Positions 46,601 to 58,659 of a stretch of DNA of 64,000 bases are shown one piece after another. The notes beneath the pieces are model-generated. The model ran no database searches and was not told the DNA's origin. It saw only the letters and a list, made by a program, of their open reading frames with translations. Made by a program: the position numbers and the translations under genes. Where the stretch lies: positions 45,074,001 through 45,138,000 of the forward strand of contig NC_086376.1 in assembly GCF_036588685.1 (NCBI RefSeq), in the 5' to 3' direction. Position 1 is the first letter of the stretch. Every line of letters begins with the position of its first letter. Origin of the DNA: Mytilus trossulus (Eukaryota).

Positions 46601-49600
46601 AATTATATAAATTATAGTTTTGGATAGCTATAACAGATTACTCTTTCAAATTAATGCAATGTTAGTATTATGAAAACAATTATGTAACCAATTATAATTT
46701 TAACAGTGTCTAAAATATTTTCCCCCAAATTTCCACTTTCAAATGAATTTAGCTTCTTCATAGGTTTCCCTAGAGGGTTGATTTTATTACATGTTGTTCC
46801 TATGGCCATTATCTACAAAAGGGTGTCTCAGATTTCAGATAGAATGTATAGAACAAATTTTACACCTAATTAAACATTATCTTCTTTTATATGGTTAGGA
46901 TGTTTACACTAACTAGAGATTTATGAGAGAATGGAATACCATAGAGACAATCTGAGACACCCTTTTGAAGCCCATGATGTGTTGATTAAGATTTCGTTAA
47001 AATTTTCTGTATAGTATAAGAGACGATAGAGCTAAATTCATTCAAGTGAACTTACCTAGATTTTGCCACTAATTACGTAATAATTAATTACTAAATGATT
47101 GCATAATAAAAATATTGCATTCATTTAAAAGATTAAACTTTTATCTATCTATATATACCTCTTTTATTAATTTCTATGCATTCATAAGAAAGTTACAGCA
47201 TTTCAAAGGTTAGTGATTAAAAGTAAAAAAATCTTTGTATTGTGCTACATTAATAAAAGAAACAACTGCTTTTACATCATTTGGTGTTGATGGATTAAGT
47301 ATTATCACGAGTTTATCAGTAAAATTAAGTGTATTAAAATTTACATATTTTTGTTTATAATATTTTAGAAAGATTTCTCTTTTATTTTTATTTATTTTAC
47401 AGTTGAAGAAAAAATGAAATTCATAAATAACAATAAAAAAACAGTTGTGTACATTAACCCTCATTTGCAGCTGTAGGTTAAGGGGTTTTGTTTTAAACAG
47501 ATTAAATACGTTTTTAAATGATGTAAAGTTCTTAATTTATCGTTGAATAAAAACTGAATTATATACTGTGGATTCATTATAATTCGTGGGAAAACAATTT
47601 TCGTGAAGTTCGTAATCAAAGCTGTCGATACTAGACAGACAAAATGTTTATTTAGAATTTTCTTGATAGTCTTGAATGCATATTTAAATTTGTCATTTTT
47701 GTTTTTTTCGATCATCTCTTAAAACGTGTTGGCTTACCTGATTTAATAGACCGTTTTTACTTGTTTTTGTAAATATTATACTTCGCACTCATAATTATCA
47801 TTAATTGGTGAATTTCTCTTTTTCAGATAACTATTGCTTCCTCCGACAGCAAATTATATATCGGGTTTCTGGGATATTTGAATCCAAACAACACCGACAT
47901 AAGCGGAAATTGTTGTGATGGCACGAAACCACCATGTAATGCCTTATGTCACCTAATATTTAACGTCACGGTGCAGGGTAAATCAATGTAAGAACTTCTT
48001 TTTAAGTTCAGAATATTTATTTAAAAATGTATCTGTATCTGCACCAGCTTTGGCTTTCATTCAACAGGAGAGAGTGACACCTCTTGACGGTGTTGTAGAG
48101 CTGCCTTGAAGTTCTCAACTTTATTTACGCGACCAATTCTGTCTTCCAGTTGGTTCCTATATACATGTGCATGCTCGTGACAAAGAAAGAATAATTATAT
48201 GGATCCGTGTTGTATGGAATAGTGTATATTGCCTTCGTACTGTTCAGTGTTCAGAACTGAGTTTTTCGCTATATTGGCACTTTCAAGGTTATCAAATTTT
48301 GTCGGTTTGATTTTACTCTTATGTTTACTTTTAACAAGACAATCATTAGGATTAAAAGTCGGGGTCAAATTTTTAACCACTTTGTACAGAAATATCATCC
48401 GTTGACTGTAGATTGTTCAGCTCTAACTCGGCTAGTATTTTAGTAACCCTCTTCTTTAGACCTGTTATCGCCTGTTATGAACCTGGCTACATTCTTTCCA
48501 TACATTTCTTACAAACGATACATGTATTCTTTTTGCAATCTTTATAGCACAAACGTATATTTCTTCTTTTAAAAAAACATTGTTGATTTGGCTTTTTTGG
48601 CTACATTTGAGATGTGTGTAGTCCAGGTCTTCTGATATTTGCAATGTTTCCTGGTATCTTATGCCCATCCTTTGCAAGCCTATATGGATTATGCTGAACC
48701 TTTTGTAGTATGTGTTCTTAAATGCTGTATATGTTCTGGTTGTTGTTCTTAATGCTCGGAATATAGCACTTTTGCATTTAGGCGCATGTCCCAGTTTTTA
48801 GCCCATATTCTTAGGTGTGTGGTCATGTTATATTTTTATGTTCCTAATACCATATACAAAAAGTCTGACTGATGATTTAACTGCATCTGGTAGGTCGTTA
48901 ATGTGGCAAAGGAAGAGAACATTGTGTAACATCGCAACCAACTGGCAGTTTGTTGGTGGCATGGTGTTTATTGCTTTGGAGAAGTCACTGACAGCTACAT
49001 CAGTTTGTTTCGCTGCTGTGTTTAGGATTTCATAGAGTAGTAAAGTGAAACCATGTTTTAGTGATGTTTTAAATACCCTGAGGTTCACTACTTTTTTAAG
49101 CATATGTCTACATATAATTTGTTCTGTCAGCCTACATGGTACAGATGTTAAGGATACTGGTCTGTAGTGTTCTGGTGCGTGTTTTTCTCTCTTTTTAAGA
49201 CACTTGAGATGTTTGCATTGAGCCAGTCACTTGATAGTGTACCAGTATTTATGGATTATTGGAATATCAATGCAAGTCCAGGTGATACTTGTTTTAAGAA
49301 TATTTTTGATATAATGTTTGGTGCGCCGTCTGGTCCTGATGCCATTAATGTATTTATTTTTTTTAGCAACTTTTCAACTTCTTCCTAATTTATTTTCAGT
49401 ATATGTAGATTTTTATTGATAACTATGCATAACTTGTTTTTATCCATATAGTATAGTTAAGTCCATATATACTGCTTTGGTCATTTGAATATTTTCATTG
49501 TTTGTGGTGATGCTTTTTGTATAAATGATTAAAGTTCTACTGCAGAGTGACCTGCCAGATGATTGTCATAAATGATTATGTTTAATTTTCAAACCGTTTG

Positions 49601-52600
49601 TCGAGATTTTTCCTAAGCAGGACATTTTAATTCAAAGAGTAATTTAAAAGATCACATTATCATATTCATTGACCATAAAGATTTGTACTAGCTTATCAAT
49701 AGAAAATATATTAACCAACGTTTTATTTTATCAGTGAACAGCAAAGCCGTAAACTCTCCGCAAAACCAATAGAAAGCAGTGCCGCTGAGCATTTTCAGTT
49801 GAGTAACACAGACCCTGAAATTATTAACCCGCTTATGTTCACGTTTGGTACGTGGCCGGTGAGTTGAAATTAACATATAACCAGGAATCAGAACACTGCA
49901 CAGGGGCGGATGCAGGAATTTTCGAAAGGGGGGTGCTAACCCAGGGCAAAGGGGGGGTGCAAAACATATGTCCCGATACAAATGCAATGATCGGCAAAAA
50001 TAAAGGGGGGGGGTGCGCACCCCCGGAACCCCCCCTCTGGATCCGCCACTGCTGCATGAAGGAGACAATTCCTCAATTAAAAATATTTTCTAACATTTTG
50101 TAACAGCAAAATTTATAACAAAAAAGTCCGTATTTCATTCCAGTACCGAAGTACTGGTTACTGGACTGTTGAAACCCTCTGGGACTAACAGTACAAAAGG
50201 AATGACCAACACATATCTTCAAAGACACCTAACTTATGTTATAAATCGACAAACGCGCGTGTCATCTGAAAAAACAACCCAACACTATTCAGTAGCGTAT
50301 ACATCCAAATCGCTGGAAGACCAAATAAGTTGCCGTAAAAAAAAACATTATAGTGTTTCTAATGGTTTCAATATTCTATGAATTCTTAATCGATTATACT
50401 TTTATGTCTGCACCAGATTTCTAATCTGACAAGACATTCATTGGGATGAAAATTCAACCGGCAATAGTTTCGGCGTATCGACCCAGTTGTCGAAAAAAAT
50501 CGCATAGGATACCAGGCTTATTATAATTCAGTTATGGAAATAGTGTTTCGTCTTCAGATGACTCATAAGTTATTCTCTAATCCAAACAGATACAGACACA
50601 ATAGTTTCAAAGTTAAAGGATATCATAACAATAAAGACCCAACAGATTGTGTCGAATGCGGCTAGGGCATCTATGAATCGTGGTAAAAAAAATGAGTGTT
50701 TCGGACGTTTTTCACATTTGATTTTTTGATATTAAGTATACGCAGCTACTATTACATAGGTACTTTTTGCTGTACTAAAAATATGTAGTACTGGAAATTT
50801 ACTTTTAATATTTAGTTCTATTTCTTTACTTTAAAATTATTGTAATATTTAGGTACTTGTATTTTACAGTACTTGATTTGTACTAAATGTTTTGGTACAG
50901 AAATAATACAATATTCCATGTTTGAAAATTATAATTTTAAGAGATTTGAAATAGAAAACTTTCAAAATGCTGAAAATGTAACGGAAGTAACCAAAAATAT
51001 GCAGTACCTAAATTTCAAGTACAAATTATTATTAATAAGTACTGTAAAATACAGGTTCCTAAATATTACAATAATCAAAAGTACATTTCCAGTACTACAG
51101 ATTTTTAGTACAGAAATAGTACCTATGCAAAAGTAGACGTGTAAGAACCTGACTGATCCAATGATCTTTCACGTTAGCCTCTAGACTTGGGTTGCTAAAA
51201 ACAAAATCCAGCTTACCTTGTCATATACGGCGACGTGAGCTTTATAGAAAAATACTATTGTTGAATATCTATCACAATCTATATCATTATTTTTGTTATC
51301 TCCTATATACTTTATTTTCAACAGTATGAGGTGAATATAACGATCACAGTTTTTCATGACGACAACGGCGATGGAGGACAAAAAATTGTTGACAAATTTA
51401 CAGTTGCCTTAAATATTCAAAACCCATCTTGGCAGTATCATCATAAAAACGCTACTGGAACTAGATCTCATTCATTTTCTTTGTAAGTACTTTTCCGTTA
51501 GAGTATCACATTGGTAAATTTATTTGAAAGAAATGATAAATAAGGCACATTCATAACCACCTTCAAAAGACTCTTAAAAGATTTCTTTCACAAATGAATA
51601 AAGCATTGAAAATACGTAGGCTAAATGTAATCAAACTTTAAGAAACCATCAAATTTAACCTGCAGAAGTCAACAAATGACTTCAGTTATTGACAAACATC
51701 AACACCGTTTGTCTAGTTATAATGGCACCAGGTCTATTCGAGTTTTGAGTTTTATAATCCTGGTACCTTTGATAACTATTTGATATATTTCACAAAAAGA
51801 ATATCCCAGTTCCACAAAGGAACAAAAACTTATCTTATTCTTGCACAAACGGATTACTAAAATATTCTCATATTATATCAGCGGTCAATAAGCATGTGTG
51901 GGTCAAACAATACAGACGGAATACTAATAACTGGTAAACAGTTAGAGCAATTTGTTTTGGGCAACTGACAAATAATGAAACATTGCACCTTCAAAAAAGG
52001 CGCAGTTTATCAATTCAAAAAAATTAACTAATCTTTAAATCGAAGTTGTGTGTCTGTGTTTTAGAGAAAATTGACAAACAAATTATATCAAAGCAGTCAT
52101 AGTGAAGTTAAGAGTGATATAAAACTTTGTGAGTTCTAAAAGAGAACAAGAAATATTGGTTAATCATATAAAAATGCAACATACACACGTAAGCAAAGCT
52201 AACTGTCTCATTTTCTACAATTAATAAGAGGTAACCACAGATAAGGCAATAGCATAACACGAAACAATATAAATATAAGATGTGTTATGGATTTTAGAAA
52301 GAAAAAACATATATAGTTCAAATATATGGATTTCATTTATGGAAGCTCTAAAAGGAGTAAGCTTCCTTAACTAACCTCGAACCTATGCAAGTTGTTAAAG
52401 AATTCACTTATAAGGTCTTTGGATTAAAAAAAATAAACACATTTATTCTAAAACCAGTTGTTGGCATGATACGGTTTATGTTCTTCTCATATATTTTATG
52501 ATGGTATGATACTCAACCCTTCATGGGAGGGATTGTGCTGCTTGATATTTATATGATTTAGACATAATCTTTCAATCAGTTTAATTGAGGTCTAAAGGTA

Positions 52601-55600
52601 GAATGTCAGTGACTGCTAGTTGTCCTTTGTTAATGTATGTATTATTGTCATTTTGGGGTTTTATGTTTTTTTGTTACCTATTCTGGCATCGGACTCGGAC
52701 TTCTTTTAAACTGAGTTTTACTGTGTGCTTTACTGTGCGTTTGTTTTTGTTGGATGATGGTTGAGATCTCCAAAAAACATGTTTAACCCCGCAAGTCAGG
52801 AGCCTTTGTAAATCTTGTATGATTTTTAATTTTAGTTTTTTTAATATATTTCGGAGTTTAGTATGACGTCCATTTTGGTCCTCAAAGCTTTTCAACTTCG
52901 TACTTTATTTGGCCTTTTTTATCTTTTTGTTGGATTCGAGCGTCACTGATGTCTTTTGTAGACAAAACGCGCGTCTGGCGTATATACAAAATTTAGTCCT
53001 GGTATCTATGTTGAGTTTATTTATCACTGAACTAGTACACAGTTTGGTTTAAGGGCCAGCTGAAGCTCGCTTGTGGGTGCAGGATTTTTTCCCGTTGTAT
53101 TGAAGACCTATTGGTGGCTCTTTGGTCGGGTTGTTGTCTCTTTGACACATTCTCTATTTCCATTCTCAATTTTATGTAAAATTGGATGGCAAGTCATAGA
53201 TATTTGTGTTTTGATTTTTTTTCTCTTTTCTAGATTGAGTATGATATTTCGTTATGAATGTTTGAAGCCAAAGGAAAATGACAATGGATGCTTTAGTAGG
53301 GACTGTGTATTACACCAAAACGAAACGGAATGCCTTGATATCCTGCAACCAAACAATCAAGATAACACAACTGATATTGTGTTACAAACAACACCAAGCC
53401 CTTACGAATGTGAGCGTTTTGAAGTTCCAAATATCGGAGAGTTTCTGAATTGCACAAGTCAAATGACCGATACAACAGAACAAGTAACACAAGAGATAAC
53501 TACGCAAATGAACATTGAAGAAACAACCTTGTCAAATGAAATTACAACACATTTAGATAAACAAACAGACTCGGTAACGACAACAAAACCAACCGATGAG
53601 AAAAGCTCAACAATTACAACAGATATACCTACCAAAGAAACTTCTTCAGTAATCCCAGAAACTACACATACAGACATCTCTATAACTTCACAAAATTCAA
53701 ATTCAAAAGTAACGAGTGATATTGTGAAACATCATACGTCAGTTAACAGTGTAACGACAAATGAAAAACACACGTCTTTTAAGTCATCTACAAACTTACC
53801 ATCGACAAAACAAATTTCAGAAAGTACCAGTAAATCAACTACTGAGTCAATAAAAACATTTATGTCATCAACGCCGACAAACTCGTTGACAATTCTTGTT
53901 TCTACAAAAGATATGAATAAAACTGGAATACCAAGTGGTCCAGGTGTAGTAAGCAGTCCTCCAACGCATTCTACCGACATACCAGATATTAATACAACGA
54001 TAAAAGAAACAAATAGTGGACCAATGAAATACTGGCCTGGTATAGTTGGGGGAGTTTTAGGAGCTTGTGTAGTGGTTGCTGTAGTTTCTTACATAATATA
54101 CAGTAGAAGAAGAAGGTGAGTAAAATGTGGAGAAAATGATGATCACGTGTATCTGTTATGTAAAGATTTTCCTTGGTTGGAAATATTGAAGTATTTGTAT
54201 CGAAACTTGGCATCTATATATTTTAGACAGTACTAAGCCGAAATGAGGAAACATAAAAAAATGTTTATGATAGAAGATTATTTTTTTTATAAAATAGCCT
54301 AAAAAACTATATTGGTTGATTAAAAAATATATATGTTAATCTGTTTTTATAAATTTCCTGTTTACAAAACTTTGAATGTTTCGAAAAACTAAGGATTTTC
54401 TTATCCCAGGCATAGATTACCTTAGCCGTATTTGGAACAACTTTTTGTAATTTTGAATCCTCAATGATCTTCAACTTTGTACTTGTTTGGCTTTATAAAT
54501 ATTTTGATATAAACGTCACTGATGAGTCATGTGTAGACGAAACGCGCGTCTGGGTACTAAATTATAATCCTGGTATCTTTGATAACTATATACATCGACC
54601 GAAATTGTTCGAACCCCTGCTTCTATGACATCGTGGCAACACCACATCCACTGTGTCGAGCGCCATAAACTATTTCTCGAACTACTCAATAAACTGTAGC
54701 TTTCGTTAGTCGAAAACGAAAACAGTGCATAATTGTCTGGTTGTTCGTTACTTACAGATAGACAATACTTGACTAATGACAGATATATAGATAAAGGCAC
54801 CAGTAGTATACCGCTTTTCAAATGTCATAAGTCGATTAAGATAAATTAAATCCGAGTCGCAAACCAAAACCGAAGGACACACATTAACTTTCAGAGAAAA
54901 AACAACGAAATAACAGAAAATCTGGACTGTTATTAAAACAAACGAACTACATGTATGTGACATGTGTGATAACAACTATTACATTCCTGAATTGGTACAT
55001 GACATTACACTATAACATACTGCATACTAGTACCCATACTTTCAACAGTCACTCCACTGGTACGATATAATATTTTCAGTAATACACAGGAAATACCCAA
55101 TGTAAATGAGGACTCAAGTAAGTAGTATGTTAGTGATAACATTGAGAATGGAAATGGGGAATGTGGCAAAGCGACAACAACCTTACCATAGAGCAGACAA
55201 CAGGCAATTAAAAAACCTATGAATGACCGTCGCTGTTAACCAGACCTGCCTAGTATATCAGGCGACACTTGTGTACACTTAGATACCCTAACCACACGAT
55301 CACAGTGTCTTTAATTTTTGTTCTTTTCTAAAGATTGCCAACCTCTTTTCATTTTTATATTCATTAAAAGTAAAATATGTTTTTTTGTAGAATGAATAAA
55401 AGAAATAATGATATATACAATGTGAACCCGAAAAGATGGGTGCTTGAACCTCCAGAGGAGAATGGCACATCTGGAAAATCAGAAATAGCATTGGAAACTG
55501 AACAAGTTTGAGGATGAAAGAAGAACAAAACACTTTCTTATCAACTGTGATATGTTTCTGTGCTGAGGTACACAATTAGCACTGAGATTGCGAGGGCACT

Positions 55601-56157
55601 AGTGTGACCATTATATCATAAGGTCAAAAATTTGGGAGTAAAGTTTAAAGTTGGGCTAATGGTGTTTTTCAAATACAAATATCAAACCAATAAAAATGAA
55701 AATAATGTAACTATCAATTTTTAAACAATAAAAAATATTTTATGAAATATAATTATAATTCATTAAGCAGGCTAAACAGAATAACTTATACTTTCTTTGC
55801 ATACATGACACCAGACAAAAACCTTCAAATAAGGGAAAAGTTCGACAAACAACTCAATTATAGAATGTAAGCAATTTCTGTAGAAACAGTTCATTACAAA
55901 TATATAACTAGTTTTTTAATACTATTGGAAACATTTTGAAAAGCAAGTACAAGATAAATGAGAATCTACCATAGAATTTTTTGCTGCTCATATTACTATG
56001 ATGAAATCAGAATTCACTCTAAACTCTGCTATTAACTTTGAAAATATATATAATTTTTTTATAGACATTTTTAATTGTTTTCACATGAATTTTACACCCT
56101 GTTTGTTTTTAAATTAATATAGCATTATATTTATCTCATGAGAGAATACCATTTTGA
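38816..56157 (+). CDS. Notch-ligand-related type I membrane protein (~480 aa): signal peptide, MNNL/C2 domain, divergent 6-Cys module, Ser/Thr mucin-like stalk, TM helix, short tail
   Basis: Exons 38816-38863 (MIIKTVLRILFFTIPL), 47827-47987 (YLNPNNTDISGNCCDG...C...C), 49735-49858 (NPLMFTFGTWP), 51325-51482, 53234-54115 (LSMIFRYEC...TM YWPGIVGGVLGACVVVAVVSYIIY) and 55080-55117 are all GT-AG and in phase (0,2,0,2,2,1). The last exon, 56123-56157, is tentative. Confidence 0.78.
40545..40610. repeat. (ATT)22 microsatellite
   Basis: Read directly. Confidence 0.95.
41776..43665. repeat. 60-bp tandem satellite, about 32 copies
   Basis: Consensus ATCGCCCTCTAACAAAATCCACGTCATTTGGACTCTAGCTAGGGTATGGATAGTTGTCTA. 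The 5' copies are more diverged. Confidence 0.95.
44805..45256 (+). mobile_element. Full retrozyme-like monomer bounded by two degenerate hammerheads 374 nt apart
   Basis: HHR1 at 44805: ATGACGA-GTC-ttttgta-GAC-GAAA-CGCGCA-TC. HHR2 at 45179: CTGATGA-GTC-ttttgta-GTC-GAAA. The sequence after each motif is repeated. Confidence 0.75.
46524..47249. mobile_element. MITE with ~22-bp TIRs and TTAA target site (Kolobok-like)
   Basis: TTAA|GGTAGCACAATACAAAGATTTT ... AAAATCTTTGTATTGTGCTACA|TTAA, with an internal inverted pair aaaagggtgtctcagatt/aatctgagacaccctttt. Confidence 0.7.
48200..49450 (-). pseudogene. Degraded LINE reverse transcriptase
   Basis: Remnants YRPVSLTSVPC, DVAVSDFSKA and LFLCHINDLPDAVKSSVRLF, with deletions and stops. 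Confidence 0.75.
49901..50051. mobile_element. 151-bp GC-rich MITE (hAT-like CAG...CTG ends)
   Basis: CAGGGGCGGATGCAG ... CTGGATCCGCCACTG imperfect TIRs, flanked by CTGCA on both sides. A related fragment lies at about 18953-19000. Confidence 0.7.
50741..51141. mobile_element. Foldback/MITE with long imperfect inverted arms rich in GTAC
   Basis: 'cataggtact...ctgtactaaaaat.tgtagtactggaaat' is mirrored at about 51075-51135. Confidence 0.7.
52874..53022 (+). mobile_element. Retrozyme fragment with inactivated hammerhead, nested in the 52430-53175 repeat
   Basis: gagcgtca-CTGAT--GTC-ttttgta-GAC-AAAA-CGCGCG-TC-tggcgt. Stem I is intact and the core is mutated. Confidence 0.65.
54513..54555 (+). 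ncRNA. Minimal type I hammerhead ribozyme with intact catalytic core (in retrozyme repeat about 54340-54590)
   Basis: CTGATGA 54519-54525; stem II GTC/GAC; GAAA 54539-54542; C-GCGC-G palindromic stem III; GUC cleavage triplet 54548-54550. Stem I is shortened by a 1-nt deletion relative to the 52937 copy. Confidence 0.82.
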
Positions 56158-57734
56158 AGTTATGAGTTTATCGGTGGGAAAAAAGTATCCGATGTCCTCA
56201 TCAAAACACGCATCAGATTCATTATACTAGTAACCTTTAATGACCTCAAAAATCTCACATTTACAAGGGGATTAAAAGAGGAATATTTAAAAACAAACAA
56301 TTGAAGGTCAATAATATATTTGCGATAATGTATACTGTCATTTATATTTGAATAATTACATTGGATGTATGTTTCATTATAATGCGTTATCCTGATTGGC
56401 TAACAGCACATCACATGTTATTCCGTAAACAATTGCATGAGACAATAACATTTATCATGCATGATGACACGAGATCCCACAATAAAGTGCACAGGTGAAT
56501 TAAATAAAACTGGATAAAAATCGTGTTTTCATGATCCTAGCTAAAAAAATGTAATTATAAGTATTGAATGCTTCTTTTTGTAACTTTATAGGGTTGTAAA
56601 TGCGTTGACCGTGCGTACATTTTTAGAATGTGTGTTTTCATTTATTTATTCAAATTTTGGTCATGCACATATTAGCCGTATCATTACAACAGAGTCAAAT
56701 AAACGACATTTTGCTGTTTGCGATTGGCCTGATCGGCTTCCGCATCTTTCAGTAGTCAGCATTGTGAAACGGTAGCAATTTCTGTATGACTTTTTTAAAA
56801 GTAGATTTTTAAGTATTTTTTATGATGCTGTACATTGCGCTTGTATATTTTTTCGATAGTAAAAAATCAGAACCTTTATACTTTAATATGTCGCTGGCGA
56901 TTTTAACGATTCTGGTTGAATTATTTATTTTATTCAAATTGCATTTGTATTTTATGTTTATGAAAATCGATTATAAAATTATGCTAGAATATCATTCAGC
57001 GCGTTATCATTGAATCAAAATTCAATACTTAGCAAATAAATTAGGTCAGTTCAAACTTTAAAAACAATAATCGTTTTGTATGTGACAGAAGCATGAAATG
57101 TAAACAGATGCTGTAACCATGGTAACCGAACTTGCATATTATCGGTTGTGTGTGTATCCATCAAGCTAAGACTAATATTAGTAAAAAAAAGTCTCAGCAT
57201 CAAGGATTACTGTATCATGATCTTTCAAAATATTTGTAGTATTCATCTGTAAATTTTCATAATTATATTGTTTTGAATTAATCATTTTCATTAAAATGTA
57301 TTTTTAAATCATATTGCTTTATTTATTTTACGTGTATGTAAAGACAAATGATATGGAAACGTATGATCTATGGGTACTCACTAATCACATGGTATTATGC
57401 TTTCCTCGTGTTATGGGTTCTGGTTAGCCGAGTTGCAATGTATTCGAACTAATATAATATGTTGATACCGTATGCCTGTTATGTAGTACAGACGTCCATA
57501 TCGTCCAAACTCTGAATTTGGAAAAGAAGTTACTCCATAAACATACATCGTCTGGCTGTCCTGGTAAACATGGTAAACGACGCGCATCAAGAATTTGGTT
57601 TTTGAACAAAGTATTTCAACCACGATACTGTCGATTCTGAAATTGCAATTATTCTACTTTACTTGCATTCAATACTAAGTATATACTGACTTAACTGTTT
57701 ACAAAACTTCGAATTTTGAAATGCTAATGCCTTT

Positions 57735-58075
57735 CTACCTCATGAATATATTACCTTTGCTGTATTTAGCTAAACTTTTCAGTTCTCAATGCTATTCAAC
57801 TTCGTACTTAACATTTGCCATTTTAACTTTTGTTGATACGAGCATCACTGATGAGTCTTTTGTAGACGAAAAGCGAGTTGCGCAAATACAAAATTTCAAG
57901 CTGTCTACCTCAGTAATATATTACTGTTGTTGTATTTAGCTAAACTTTTCTGAGTTCTTAATGCTATTCAACTTCGTACTTAATATTTGTCATCTTAACT
58001 TTTGTTGATACGAGCATCACTGATGAGTCTTTTGTAGACGAAAAGCGAGTTGCGCAAATACAAAATTTCAATCTG
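57735..58075 (+). repeat. Tandem ~170-bp dimer of a retrozyme segment with two hammerhead cores (57848, 58020)
   Basis: Both read CTGATGA-GTC-ttttgta-GAC-GAAA-AGCGAGTTGCGC, sharing the same stem III lesion. Confidence 0.8.
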
Positions 58076-58659
58076 TGTATCCATGATGCGTTTATTCATA
58101 AGTAAGAACAAAGAATGATCAAAATAGCGTGTCTGAGTAGGATGATATATGATGGCTGCTGTGTCAGCTAGCACGGTAAATTTCTGAATTAGCGTGTCCG
58201 TCCTATACTAATTACAGGGTACAATTATACCTCAAGAATAAATTTCCACCATGAATTCGAATATTACACCAATCATTAAACTCGTGACATGAAACCCATG
58301 CGACAAGTTGATCTATTTCACGCTGGTCAGCATATATTGGTTCGTCAGAATCGTTTGCATAAAACTCCAGTACGCATGAAATCTTTGTTTCAAGGTTGCA
58401 AATCTTTGGTTGTAGTTATTGATTACTGTATGCAGAATTTGTACATTGTATCGAAAATTGGCAAAATAATTGGTTTCCAAGTCTGGATATTGGAAGGAAA
58501 AATAATTCAAAAACCGCAGACGCACTTTGACATGTGTGTAATCTTCGTGTGCAGATTTGTGGATTTGGGATGAAAACTGTAGGAGGTAATTAAGAACTGA
58601 CATATTTTGTCTTTACAGTTTCTTTTTAAGCTAAAATAGTTTTGAAGGTTACAACAAAA

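Noticed and set aside
53073-53233. N-terminus of the 348-aa ORF as a signal peptide
   Set aside because: This part is dispersed-repeat and intron sequence with a GTG start. The real exon begins at the acceptor at 53234.
57343-57425. Last exon of the Notch-ligand-like gene
   Set aside because: The acceptor is weak, and in the required phase it stops after two codons. 56123-56157 is preferred, but neither is established.
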